A program made the position numbers and the translations under genes. Below the pieces are notes generated by a model that saw only the letters and a list, made by a program, of their open reading frames with translations, had not been told where the DNA came from and searched no databases. Shown here one piece after another: positions 13,056-27,097 of a stretch of 64,000 bases of DNA. The DNA is from Octopus vulgaris (taxonomy: Eukaryota). The stretch is from the NCBI GenBank assembly GCA_951406725.2, contig OX597825.1, forward strand, positions 25,420,001-25,484,000, written 5' to 3'. How positions within the stretch are numbered: position 1 is the stretch's first letter; each line of letters opens with the position of its first letter.

Positions 13056-14171
13056 TAGGGGGTGGAAGTATTTCAGAATATATTTGGTAATTTAATAAAA
13101 CAACTCCAATCTAACAAGAACTAAACCTGTTTTAATAATATTCTGTGTACATACTCTTGATAAGTTTTCTTATAAGATTATTCTCTAAATCCACCTCCGG
13201 CCTCGAAGACGGCTTCAATGCGGAACCGGAATCATTGACATGACACCACTAAATGGTGCGTATTAATTTCAATCTTTATCTGGACAATGGCAGCCTTTAA
13301 TGAAGCTATCATATTATGATAGCTTCATTAATGGCTGCCTTTCAACAACATTCTAAACGGAGTAGTCGATGGGATTTAAATCTGGCAAGTTTGAATCTGA
13401 CAAGTTTGGTGTTACGTGGTCATAATGATTGTCTTGCATTCATTCTTGGATTATGTAGACCTTTTGAGAAGGTGCTGAGTCTTGTTGAAACTCTTATGGT
13501 CTTCCACTGTGTCCTTCATCCATCCAGGGCTTAATAAATGTATCCAGAACCTCAACGCAGTCAACAGTATTAATTCTAAGACGGCATGATAATTCTGAGA
13601 TGGCATGATACAGCCTTCGTTACTCACCACTCCTAAAACCATCAGAGTTGCTGGAGTGTGAACACCCTGGACAAATCAGAAGAATCTGCACGTAACTATC
13701 TGTCATTTCTCCTGTTAGACTTTTGACTTTGGGTGAAACTTTTCATATCAGAGAAAAATCAAAGCATACGATGTTCGTGAGTTTTATTTTTGTATCTTGC
13801 TAAGTAACCGCTCGGCATGGATCCAACGAAATTGCTTCGTCTTTGCAGACATGGTTTGACTTCAGTATACAAATGCACATACAATCTCTGATAGCTCACC
13901 CAGACACCTGAAATATTTTGGCGAGGGCCCTCATTGATTTCTCAGGATCATCATGTTTTGAATCCGTTGAATGAATTGCTTCTCCTTATTGTGTCTGAAC
14001 GTTTAGAAAGTTGTTTTTTTAATCTTTGATACAGTTGAAATACGCTTCCATCTTGCAACGTTTAGAGATTTGCAATTTTAGCAATTTCAGCAAGAATGAC
14101 TGTATGTCTCTTCATTTCTTGTACAAACATTTTATTTGCCATAAAGGGTCAGAAAAAAAATAACTCCTTTA
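13056..14171 (-). mobile_element. decayed Tc1/mariner-superfamily transposon (maT/DD37D-like)
   Basis: Translates to FFSDMKSFTQSQKSNRRNDR, PATLMVLGVVSNEGCIMP and LPDLNPIDYSV*; multiple stops and frameshifts. Confidence 0.8.
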
Positions 14172-14454
14172 CGGTGCTCGCGCGCAGGGTTTGTATATAT
14201 ATATATATACACACATTTGGCGAATGGTGCAAGTGAGAGTGTATAATTTTAGGCGCATGCACGTGGGTGGGCGGGCGCGCACGTGTAGGTATAAACATGC
14301 GCGCTTATGCGAATACTATGAACTTTTTTATTCCCTTACATTTACTCCCTCCCCTCACTTAGCGGTCATTCTAATAGCTCTTTTGTCTTAATAACGGTCA
14401 ATCATACAGTAATTTCCCTTTGTATAACTCATTTTCCATAGTATTCTTCCGTTT

Positions 14455-14525
14455 GCCGGATAACTGAAGAGATGGCGGCGTGGATATCCACTTCGGTACC
14501 CGAAACTCGGAGTTTTATCATTGGC
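14455..14525 (+). ncRNA. type I hammerhead ribozyme-like motif
   Basis: GAUAA-CUGAAGA-G...C-GAAA-CUCGGAG-UU-UUAUC; stem II imperfect. Confidence 0.55.
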
Positions 14526-14555
14526 TACCGAATAATTGCTACATATTACATTTAC

Positions 14556-14614
<59 letters not shown>

Positions 14615-14617
<3 letters not shown>

Positions 14618-15049
14618 TCATTATCATCATCATCATCATCGTTTAACGTCCGCTTTCCATGCTAGCGATTTGACTGAGGACTGGCTAACCAGATGGCTGT
14701 ACCAGGCGTCATTCTGATTTAGCAGAGTTTCTACAGCTGGATGCTCTTCCTAACGCCAACCACTCCGAGAGTGGGTGCTTTTACGTGCTTTTACGTGCCA
14801 CCGGCATGAGGGCCAGTCAGGCGGTACTGGCAACGGCCACGCTCAAATGGTGTTTTTTACGTGTCACCTGCATAGGCGCCAGTCCAGCGGCACTGGCAAC
14901 AATCACGCTCTGATGGTGCACGGATGTCAGGTCTTCGCAAGCAGAGTTTAGTGTCCAATGAAGGAACGGTACGCATAAGTGGGCTGGTTACACCCCTGGC
15001 ATAGGCCACAAGGTTATGGTCTCACTTGGCTTGCCGGGTTTTCTCAAGC

Positions 15050-15050
<1 letters not shown>
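14615..15050 (-). mobile_element. non-autonomous retroelement, probably RTE-related, with (GAT)n tail
   Basis: GTTGGCGTTAGGAAGAGCATCCAGCTGTAGAAA segment, internal repeats of about 60 bp, ends GGACGTTAAACGATGATG. Confidence 0.65.
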
Positions 15051-15081
<31 letters not shown>

Positions 15082-15083
<2 letters not shown>

Positions 15084-15326
15084 CACGTGATCACGTGACC
15101 ATCAGATGTTGCTACACATCGCTGGTCACAATGTGTTCGCATTGTTTTAGCCGTCGAACGATGTCACCCCGCTGGCTAAGCGAACAGGCCGACAGAAGAA
15201 AGAGTGAGAGAAAGAGTGGTGAAAGTGTACAGCACAGATCACCACCCACTGCCGGAGCCTCGTGGAGCTTTTTAGGTGTTTTCGCTCAATAAACACTCAC
15301 AACACCCGGTCTGGGCCATTGCGCCT

Positions 15327-15328
<2 letters not shown>
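15082..15328 (-). mobile_element. SINE family A with a third tail type, internally deleted
   Basis: Family A head and body joined to a tail ending at TCACGTGATCACGTGA. Confidence 0.75.
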
Positions 15329-15414
<86 letters not shown>

Positions 15415-15432
15415 GTATTTGTGTATATATAT

Positions 15433-15476
<44 letters not shown>

Positions 15477-15829
15477 GTATATATGTATTTATCTGTCTGT
15501 GTATGTATCTTTTTCTTCCCCTCTGTATATATGTGTGTATCTGTGTGCGCTTGTGTGCATATCTGTGTTTCTGGTAGACTCTGCTTGTTCATGTGTGTGT
15601 GTGTGTATGTCTTTGTGTGTGAATGTGTGTTTATGTTTGTGCGTATGGGTCCGTGTGCACGCTTGTTACATCTATAGAATGCTTGTGTAAAATGAAATTA
15701 TGGAAATAATAAATATCAGAAGGACATTTAAAATCCAGTTCTAAGCGTAGAAGTAGGTAACAGTATGAGACGAAAGGCAAAACAAAATATAAAAAAATAC
15801 TAAACAACAGCTACAACAAAAACCATAAT

Positions 15830-15914
<85 letters not shown>

Positions 15915-16264
15915 CGTACATGTATGTATATATAAAAATATATACACACATACATACATACACATAGACACACACAAACTTACATATATATATTTATGTG
16001 TATGTATATATATTGCTCGAGTATATGTTGTTTGATGATTCCTTCCACCTGCGACATTAGGAGGAAGTGCCGCCATCGTATTAATTTTTTGGTTAACCTT
16101 CGAAATCTAACAACAGAATCATACGAACGCTTGATGAGAATAAACAGATGTTGATATGATGTGTGAAGGGGCAGCGGTAAGTTACTCGATATATATATAG
16201 ATATATATATACATATATATATATATACACATACATATCTACACACATACATATACACACGTGC

Positions 16265-16295
<31 letters not shown>

Positions 16296-16320
16296 TAGTA
16301 TATATATATATATGCATGTA

Positions 16321-16373
<53 letters not shown>

Positions 16374-16571
16374 ATATATATATATATAGTATATATATAT
16401 GTATATATATATATATATATAAATATATATATAACATATATATATATATATATATATATATAACACATATAATATATATATATATATATATAACATATAT
16501 AATATATATATATGTGCACAGAGGAAAAGAGAGAGGAAGAAAGGCAGACAAGTAGACACACAAATATACGC

Positions 16572-16665
<94 letters not shown>

Positions 16666-16972
16666 CCAAACATAGAGAGAGGAATGAGAGAAAGAGGTGG
16701 ATGTAGATGTACGTATGGATGAATGGTTGAGTGGTTGGAAATGGTAGGTTTGTTTGCTGGAGTAGCTAAATGTATATGTTATGATATTTTCCCCTCCTTC
16801 GAAATTCAAAACAGAAGAAAAATAATGTATACGTATAACTTGAAATTTAAACAAAATATATCTGAAATGGCGTATCTCAACGCTTTCAAATTTTCTAAAA
16901 AACAAGTTAGTGTCAACTTAAGCGAGACAAATTTGAATGTAATTTTCAACTGCAAGAAATTAATAATAACAG

Positions 16973-17375
16973 TCCTTTCTACCAAAGGCACAAGGCCTGA
17001 AGTTTTGGAGGAGGGTAACTAGTCGATTACATGGAACTCAGTGTTTTACTCGTACTTAATTTATCGACCCCGAAAGTATGAAAGGCAAAGTCGACCTCGG
17101 TGGAATTTGAACTCAGATCGGACGGAATGACGCTAAGCATTTTGTCCGATGCCCTAACGATTCTGCAAGCTCACCGCCTTTTGTATATTATTAATCCTTT
17201 CTGCTAAAGGCACAGGGCCTGAAATTCGTGCGGGAGGGACTAGTCGATTACACCGACTACGAAAAGGATGCAAAGCAAAGTCGACCTCGGCGAAATTTGA
17301 ACTCACGACGTAAAGATGGACAAAATACCGCTTAGCATTTTTGCTGGGTGTGCTAACGATTCTGCCATTTAACCG
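16973..17375 (-). mobile_element. two family C SINE copies
   Basis: Two reverse-complement family C units. Confidence 0.8.
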
Positions 17376-17470
17376 TCAATAACATCAAGAATAATAATAA
17401 ATAATTATAATAGTAATAATTACAATAATAATAATAATACTTTCTTTTTATTCTCCAGTTTTTATATATG

Positions 17471-17585
<115 letters not shown>

Positions 17586-17604
17586 GTTATATATACTCTT
17601 TACT

Positions 17605-17823
17605 CTCTTTTTTACTCTTTTACTTGTTTCAGTCATTTGACTGCGGCCATGCTGGAGCACCGCCTTTAATCGAGCAACTCAACCCCGGGACTTATTCTTT
17701 GTAAGACCAGTACTTATTCTATCGGTCTCTTTTGCCGAACCGCTAAGTGACGGGGATATAAACACACCAGCACCGGTTGTCAAGCGATGTTGGATGGGAC
17801 AAACAGACACACAAACATACACG

Positions 17824-17865
<42 letters not shown>

Positions 17866-18031
17866 TACATATATACGACGGGCTTCTTTCAGTTTCCGTC
17901 TACCAAATCCACTCATAAGGCTTTGGTCGGCTCGAGGCTATAGTAGAAGACACTTGCTTAAGGCGCTACGCAGTGGGACTGAACCCGGAACCATGTGGTT
18001 CGTATGCAAACTACTTACCACACAGCCACTC
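17605..18031 (-). mobile_element. SINE family B
   Basis: Near-full reverse-complement copy. Confidence 0.88.
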
Positions 18032-18190
18032 CATGTATATATATATATATATATATATTAATAAAAAGAATTCCAACCTTGTCTGATTTTCACGTTTTAT
18101 TTACAATCTTATAATGATATATTATAAGATAATATATTATAATTGAATAAAATAAAATGAAATAGTAGAATGTTAAATATTCATTCTGAT

Positions 18191-18235
18191 TGAACTAGTA
18201 CTTTCATGCATTGAATTCTGCAATCTTCGGGTTCA
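18191..18235 (-). ncRNA. minimal type I hammerhead ribozyme (U4C core)
   Basis: UGAAC-CCGAAGA-U-UGCA-GAAUUCAA-UGCA-U-GAAA-GUAC-UA-GUUCA. Confidence 0.75.
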
Positions 18236-18729
18236 TGTAGTAGTGTTGACAGTCATGCTTCACAATTTTTGACTGTAGCAAGATGAGTGATTCTGTGCTA
18301 TAAATACAGCTGGGTAGGCTCCAGAGTGCTAGGTTTTGCAAACTGTATTCTGACCAATCAGTGTGTAGTATCACTCAATTACTTAAGCTGATTGGTTGGT
18401 TGAGCTGATTGGTTTAGGCATCACGCTTTGTTGGACAGGTCAAGAGTCCTGTATCTTGACCCTGGCCGAAGCAGCAATTGTTGGGTTATTTTTAGAAATG
18501 TTGTAAATATCCTTTGTCAGAGATTTTTATATTTTTATATTTCAATTGTCATCATCATCATTGTCAGCACCTTAATTATTGTTGCTAGTGGTGATGGTGG
18601 TGGCAATAGAACTTTTAACCCTAAATAAGATAATTTTCCTGCTATCTTCGTCTTGATCACCTTTAGTATTGTTGTTGTTGTTAGTGGTCATGGTCGTAGC
18701 AGTGGAAGTAATACCTCTAAGTATTATTA

Positions 18730-19626
18730 TTATTGCTTATTTAGCTTGGGTTCGAATTTATCAATAAAATTCTTTTCTCTGATTTTCCTCTCGATTTCAC
18801 TTGGGCTGTGTAATTTGTAGAATGGAAATATTATATATATTTTCCGACCACATGTTGCTAGGTGGTTACTCAAAGGTATCTGACGGACCTCTGGGTCTCT
18901 AATCTGTTGCCGGTGTACACGTGAGCGTTCTAATAGTGCGTTTCCCGTCTGACCTACATATATTTCTTCACAATTTGGGCATTTGATGCAGTAAATTAAA
19001 TTTCTGCTTTTGCAGTTCATATTCGCGTTTGTGAATATTTTCCCGGTTTTTGTGTTTATATATTGACCGGTATGTATGAATTGGCATGTGCCACATCGGC
19101 TATCATTGCATTTAGATACCGTGAATGTTTGGTCTTTGTTGCTGAGGTCAAATTTTGCCTTTGTTAGTAATGTTTTCAAGTTTTTAGGCTGTCTTTTACT
19201 AAGCACCATAGCTCGATCCTTGATTATGTCTTTTAATTCATTACTTTGGGCAATGATTGGTAGGTTTGCTTTGGCAATGTTGAAGATATTCTGGTGACAT
19301 GGGTTGTGTGTCACTATGAATGGTATGACTTGTTCTTGTTTTCCTCTTCCTTGGGTTGTCCTAAGTTGTTGTATAGGTATTTTTATAGCCCGCTGTATGC
19401 CATTTTCTATAAGTAGAGATGGGTATTTTTGTTTGAGCAAAAATTCTCTTAGTTCTATTAGGCGTTTGTTCCTGATATTTGCATCTTCTACAATAGTACA
19501 AATTCTTCTGGCTAGGCAGTATGGGATGTTACGTTTTGTATGTGGTGGATGGCACGACTTAAAATTTAGGTATTGATGTGTGTCTGTGTGTTTATAGTAT
19601 ATATCTGTGGTGATGGTGGTGTCTTT
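18730..19626 (-). CDS. PLE polyprotein C-terminal part: RT thumb, Cys-rich linker, GIY-YIG endonuclease (no start, truncated)
   Basis: Open frame: TDIYYKHTDTHQYLNFKSCHPPHTKRNIPY, CNDSRCGTC, NLIYCIKCPNCEEIYVGQTG, RxRVHRQ, SNHL, REKNFI..PKLN. Confidence 0.9.
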   Translation of the reverse strand, partial: KDTTITTDIYYKHTDTHQYLNFKSCHPPHTKRNIPYCLARRICTIVEDANIRNKRLIELREFLLKQKYPSLLIENGIQRAIKIPIQQLRTTQGRGKQEQVIPFIVTHNPCHQNIFNIAKANLPIIAQSNELKDIIKDRAMVLSKRQPKNLKTLLTKAKFDLSNKDQTFTVSKCNDSRCGTCQFIHTGQYINTKTGKIFTNANMNCKSRNLIYCIKCPNCEEIYVGQTGNALLERSRVHRQQIRDPEVRQIPLSNHLATCGRKIYIIFPFYKLHSPSEIERKIREKNFIDKFEPKLNKQ

Positions 19627-19719
19627 TTTATCATTATAAGATTGTAAATAAAACGTGAAAATCAGACAAGGTTGGAATTCTTTTTATTAATATATTCTTC
19701 TATACACAATCACACACCC

Positions 19720-19774
<55 letters not shown>

Positions 19775-19804
19775 TGTGTGTATGTGTGTGTGTGTGTGTG
19801 TGTG

Positions 19805-20015
19805 TGTATGTTTGTGTTTGTTTTCCTCCACCACTTGGCAGCCGGCGTGGGTGTGTTTACATCCCCGTAACTAGTGGTTTGCTACAAAAGATCGATAGAA
19901 AAAGTATCAGGCTTGAAAAAAACGTACTGGGATCGATTCGTTCGACTGAAATTCCTCAAGTCGTTGCCCCAGCATGACTGCAGACTAATGAAAGCAACAA
20001 GTAAAGGATAAAAGA
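19805..20015 (+). mobile_element. SINE family B, 3' half
   Basis: Similarity to the family B tail. Confidence 0.7.
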
Positions 20016-20022
20016 TGAAAGT

Positions 20023-20120
<98 letters not shown>

Positions 20121-20183
20121 TATGCATATCTATGTATATCTCTCTCGCTCTCTACCTATATATATACATACACACACACATAT

Positions 20184-20610
20184 AGGCGCAGAGGTGGTTG
20201 TGTGATAAGAAGCTTGCTTCCCGACTACATGGTTCCGTGTTCAGTTCCACTGCGTGGCACCTTGGGCAAGTGTCTTCTACTAATGGCTCGGGTTGACCAA
20301 AGCCTTGCGAGTGGATTTGGTAGACGGAAACTGAAAGAAGCTTGTACAAATATATATATATATATATATAAATGTGTGTGTGTGTGTCTTTGTGTCAGTG
20401 TGTGTTCCACCATCATCGCTTAACAACTGGTGTTGGTGTGTTTACGTTCCCGTAACCTGATGGTTCGGCAAAAGAGGCCGATAGAATAACTAGTAGGCTT
20501 TAAAATAAGCTCTTGGGTCGATTTGTTCTACTAAAATCCTTCAGGGTGGTGTTCCAGCATGGACGCAGTCAAATGACCGAAACAAGTAAGAGAATAAGAA
20601 AATAAAAGAA
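20184..20610 (+). mobile_element. SINE family B
   Basis: Full head, body and tail. Confidence 0.87.
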
Positions 20611-20715
20611 TATATATATATTGGGGGAGAATTCACGAAAAAAACAAAAGACGAAGGCAGGTGGTGTAGAAAACAAACAGATGTATTAGTATCACTTTCG
20701 GGAATTGAAAAAGTA

Positions 20716-20749
20716 TTTTACGTTTCGAGCCTACGCTCTTCCACAGAAA
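20716..20749 (-). ncRNA. minimal hammerhead-like motif with CUGUGGA core in a short PLE-type insert (20622-20818)
   Basis: UUU-CUGUGGA-A-GAGC-GUAG-GCUC-GAAA-CG-UA-AAA. Confidence 0.5.
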
Positions 20750-20827
20750 GGAACATAGAAAGAAACAAAGAGAGAAAAAAATGTGTGTAATGGCTACCGA
20801 TCTATCATGGCGACTCGTATATATATA

Positions 20828-21139
20828 ACACTCGTTGTGAGTGTTTATTGAGCGAAAACACATAAAAGCTCCACGAGGCTCCAGCAGGGGATGGTGGTGA
20901 TCCCTGCTGTACTCTTTCACCACAACTTTCTGTCACTCTTTCTTCCTGTTTCTGTTGTACCTGTATTTCAAAGGGCCGGCCTTGTCACTCTCTGTGTCAC
21001 GCTGAATATCCCCGAGAACTACTTTAAGGGTACACATGTATGTGGAGTGCTCAGCCACTTACACGTTAATTTCACGAGCAGGCTGTTCCGTTGATTCCTA
21101 TCAACCGGAACCCTCATCGTCGTAACCGACGGAGTGCTT

Positions 21140-21143
<4 letters not shown>
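20828..21143 (+). mobile_element. SINE family A lacking head
   Basis: Near-identical to the reverse complement of 50450-50760. Confidence 0.85.
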
Positions 21144-21195
<52 letters not shown>

Positions 21196-21196
<1 letters not shown>

Positions 21197-21774
21197 GAGG
21201 GGGTGCGCCAAAGTAAACGGAAACGATCTCTGTCAAGACAATGCTGATTTGTTCCATCGTTGCGAAAGGAATTGTCCACAATTGTTAACCAGACATTTTA
21301 CTTGGCACTTCTGAAGCATTTGCGAGAAGCGGAGAGATCAAAACACCCCAATATGTGGCAAAGTGCAGAGTGGTGGTTTCATTACGACAATTTGCCTGCC
21401 TGCATACGCCGTCTTGCGTGTGAGAGAATTTTTGACCAAAAACGACATGGCCCCCGTTTACCCACCCTCCTTATTCACTCAATCTTGCTCCCTGCGACTT
21501 TTTTTTTTACTCTGAATGAAAAAACCCCCTTAAAGGAAAAAGCTTTGTAGATGTGGTGTGGAAGAGGTGAAGAAGAAGAAAAAAATCGACGGAGACGTTA
21601 AAAGGCATCACTTCGCAGGAGTTCTACGACTGCTTCGAACAGCGGAAAACGCTTCTGGACCGACCGATGCATTGCTTCAAATGAAGAAAGCTTTGAAGGC
21701 GATAAAAGTGTAAACGTAAAAGCAAGCGAATAAAATAATATTGCACAATTCCGGTTTCATTTGGGTACTCTTCG
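21196..21774 (+). mobile_element. internally deleted mariner with TIRs
   Basis: TA-CGAGGGGGTGCGCCAAAGTAAACGGAA ... TTCCGGTTTCATTTGGGTACTCTTCG-TA; remnants VNQTFYLALLKHLREA, WWFHYDN and PPYSLNLAPCDFF. Confidence 0.85.
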
Positions 21775-21893
21775 TATATATATATATATATATAGTAATT
21801 AAGGGTAAAACTAATTAATTACGAAGTAATCAATAAATTTCACCAAGTAGTATTCGGTATGAAAGCAGGACCGTTATACGGTAAATTCTAGTA

Positions 21894-22110
21894 ATACTAA
21901 TATTGAGGGGTCAGCAAAAGAAATGCGTCACCACGTACCGAAATTCAGAAATAGCAGCCAAAATCTAAGCCATTTCTTCTACTTAAAAAGGGTCTACCAG
22001 AGAAACCATACATAATACTTGAATCCTAGAAGAAATGGCTTAGATTTTGGCTGCTATTTCTGAATTTCGGTATGTGGTGACGCATTTCTTTTGCTGACCC
22101 CTCAATATTA

Positions 22111-22114
<4 letters not shown>
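21894..22114. repeat. foldback inverted repeat, 88-bp arms, 45-nt spacer
   Basis: 21894-21981 vs 22027-22114, one mismatch seen; the whole insert 21796-22114 is flanked by (TA)n. Confidence 0.95.
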
Positions 22115-22164
<50 letters not shown>

Positions 22165-22773
22165 TTTTATTCTTTTACTTGTTTTAGTCATTTGACCGCG
22201 GCCATGCTGGAGCAGCGTAGAAGACAAGCAAAAACGTTTAGCTTCATAAAACCATTTCGTATTTAGTGTTAAACTTTTCGTTGTACCAACTGCGACCTGG
22301 TCACTGATATGGTTTCATTGCAGCTGGTTTTCAATGGTTAATACATGTCTTTCCGCCTCGTAATTGATTTAATTTCAAAACACAGTCTCAGATCAAGCCA
22401 CTTGTCTTAGCAAAACACCGCCCCTCCCGCTCACACACAAGCACAGACACCCACCCTTCTTCTCTACATCTAGTTCTCTTTAATTTTGAAACGTATAGAG
22501 TGAGTTTGAAATGATAAAAATCCACCATAACAGTCCGTAAAAGCTGGAAAAATGCACAAAAAAAAAACACGCAAACAAAATAATTCTTAAGAGAAGCAAC
22601 CATATAACAGAAAAAAAAAAAGCAAGAAGGAAACTCTTAAAGTTTAAAACTGGAAATATTTTTGGAAAATTTAACTGTCATTTAGTGTGTTTTTGTCTTG
22701 TTTTTTTTTGTTTTGTTTTGTTTTGTTATTTTTGGTTTCAGTCTTCACATATTGTACAAAGTTATTCTAACTT

Positions 22774-23730
<957 letters not shown>

Positions 23731-24220
23731 GAAAAAAATTGATTTTCCAATCACATTAAACATTTCAACACCATGTCTTTTAATTTGTAACTTCTCACCT
23801 GCGTTCTTGCCACATCTCTTCCTCTCCCCTTCCTCCTCTTACTTTCTCTTACTCTCCCTCTTTCTGCCTCTCATTCTCCCACTCTCACACTCTTTCTCTC
23901 TCTCTCTGTGTCTTGGAGTGTGTGTGTTCTTTATTTTGTTTACCGTGTGTTTTAGGCTTATTGCCGAATGTATTTTTGTTTTTATTACAACTTTTAAATA
24001 AGTTTTCTATAATGTAGCGCTATGCTCACATGTACATGCATTCGTCTGTATGAACATTCTTGCACGTTTTCACCACCGATGTATGTATGTATGTATGTAC
24101 ATGTGTATGCATGTATGAAAGTAGGTATTCATGAATGTTTGTTTGTATGTATGCAAGTATATATGAGTACTAATATGTTTGTGTGGATTGGGGTGAATGG
24201 TGGTATGCAGACACATATAG

Positions 24221-24314
<94 letters not shown>

Positions 24315-24319
24315 GTCTG

Positions 24320-24364
<45 letters not shown>

Positions 24365-24451
24365 TTATCTAACTATCTATCTGTCTATCTGTCTGTCTTT
24401 CTGCCTACTCATTTATCTATTAATTTATGTAATGTATGTATCATATATACA

Positions 24452-24515
<64 letters not shown>

Positions 24516-24999
24516 TACATATATATATCTACATAATTAATTTTGTGGAGGTACATTAACTCACACACACATGTACACATATATAGTTCATACTCTCTCT
24601 ATACACACACATACATACATACACACACATACACACACACATACACTCACACACACACACACTCTCTCTCTCTCTCACACACACACCCACGTACACTCAC
24701 ATATTAATCACAAGCACAGAAACACAGACATAGACACAGACACACGTCCACAATCGTATGGTTATATTAGTCATATAACTTCTCCATGTTATTGAGATGT
24801 TTGATAACATCAAATATTTCTTTGCCGTCATTTGCTCCATTAAAAGTACTCCTTTTTTTAAATAATTTTAAAACGCTTTTTTTTTTCTTCTTCTGATATA
24901 TCACTAGGGTTCGAAACGAAATGAAATCTTGAAAGGAAATGATTAATATTTCAATGAATTCAAGGAAAAATAAAATGAAAGCAAAGAAAAAGGAAAGCA

Positions 25000-25540
<541 letters not shown>

Positions 25541-26420
25541 ATCGCATTGTAACCGTTGGCAGCAATTTAAAAATTTTCTCCTGGCTTTTTATTCTTTAAA
25601 TATCACTTTTAACATCGTCATTATAAAGACACTTGTGTCTCAGGCACCAGTTATCAATATTTTAGATTTTCTATCGGACTGGAGATCAAACAATAAATTT
25701 ACTGGCACACTTTGTATGGAAAGTTAAAAAAAAAAATTCTTTCCTTTTAAAGTAAAAAAAAAAAAAAAAACTTAAATGCAGGGAAGGGAAGACATACTCG
25801 TTTAGTTGTATTCATTACATGTAGCGTTTTTCTCTATTACTTGTTTCAGCCATTGAAATGCGGCCATGCTAAGGCACCATCTGTATTTCTTTCTTTTCAA
25901 GTCTGGTACTCATTCTAGTGTTTGTTTCTGCCGAGTCGCTAAGTGACGTGAAAGGCTTAAAGGATATGGGGAGGAGTTTCGTATATGGCCAGGGTGGACA
26001 TTACACGACCCATATGAGTGAGGCATGGAAAATGGCAGGATACAGGAACTCAAGCGGCATTGAAGATAATGATGGATATATTGATTGATATATCGATGAG
26101 TAGGAGGTAAAAAAGCCTCGTTAGAGGGTTTTTGAAACCTCATCTTATTGTATTATTTGTAGTGGTTTATAACCTCAATTGTGTGTTAAAAAAAACATGT
26201 TAAGTAAGAGGTTTTAGTGCCCCCTTCTTGTAAGAGGTTTGAAACCTCATATTGATTTTTAAAAAAAGAAAATATGTTTTCGAGAAAAATCCAATCGGCG
26301 GGTGTTGGGTTTCGTCTCTCATTTATTCATTTTACTTCATTTTCATTTATTAATGTGTTTGTCCAGCCTGCAAAGCTACCCAGTCTTTGTACTGCCTTTA
26401 TGGCAAATTTGATAAACTAC

Positions 26421-26560
26421 AGTAGCTTGCTTACCAACCACATGGTTCCCGGTTCTGTCCCACTGCATGGCACCTTGGGCAAGTGTCTTCTACTATAGCC
26501 TCGGGCTGACCAAAACCTTGTGAGTAGGTTTGGTAGACGGAAACTGAAAGAAGCCCGTCG

Positions 26561-26633
<73 letters not shown>

Positions 26634-26820
26634 GTATGTGTGTGTGTGTGTGTGTGTGTATGTGTTTGTGTTTGTCCCCGTAACTTAGCGGTTCGGCAAA
26701 AGAGGCCGATGGAATAAGTACTAGGCTTACAAAGAATAAGTCCTGGGGCCAATTTGCTCGACTAAAGGTGGTGCTCCAGCATGACCGAAGCCAAATGACT
26801 GAAACAAGTAAAAGAATAAA
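26421..26820 (+). mobile_element. SINE family B
   Basis: Family B head, body and tail. Confidence 0.87.
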
Positions 26821-26871
26821 GACTAGACATAAGAATATATTCTCTAAAGACATAAATTTTTCTTTTAAAAA

Positions 26872-27097
26872 CTGCGTCTTATCTAGACTCTCCTTAGACG
26901 CACCTAGATATCGTAGGTGGCACACCTCTATATCCCTTGAATCGCACATTGATACACTTTGTGGCGTACATGGGTTCTTTCGGAATACTTAGATATCTCT
27001 TGCAGCATATAGGATATCGCTTGTAGCGCACCTAGGTATCCGCTGGATATTTGACTCGTCTAGTTTCACTTTGCGGCGCACTTAGATACTCTGTGGG
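26872..27097. repeat. degenerate minisatellite of about 22 bp
   Basis: Recurring GCGCACCTAGATATC-like units. Confidence 0.6.

Larger units (their letters stand above)
18053..19695 (-). mobile_element. 5'-truncated Penelope-like retroelement with inverted copy of its 3' end
   Basis: RT C-terminal plus GIY-YIG ORF; 3' region with HHR; perfect 67-bp inverted repeat at 18053-18119/19629-19695; (TA)n at the left junction. Confidence 0.92.

Noticed and set aside
14445-14481. ETS plus YY1-like promoter motifs (CTTCCG, GATGGCGGC)
   Set aside because: Better explained as part of the HHR-bearing insert at 14455-14525
18053-19695. DNA transposon with 67-bp TIRs
   Set aside because: The internal ORF is RT/GIY-YIG and is cut at the right repeat, which fits a PLE inverted end
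26872-27097. CRISPR-like array
   Set aside because: Units are degenerate and contiguous, with no spacers or cas genes, in a eukaryotic context
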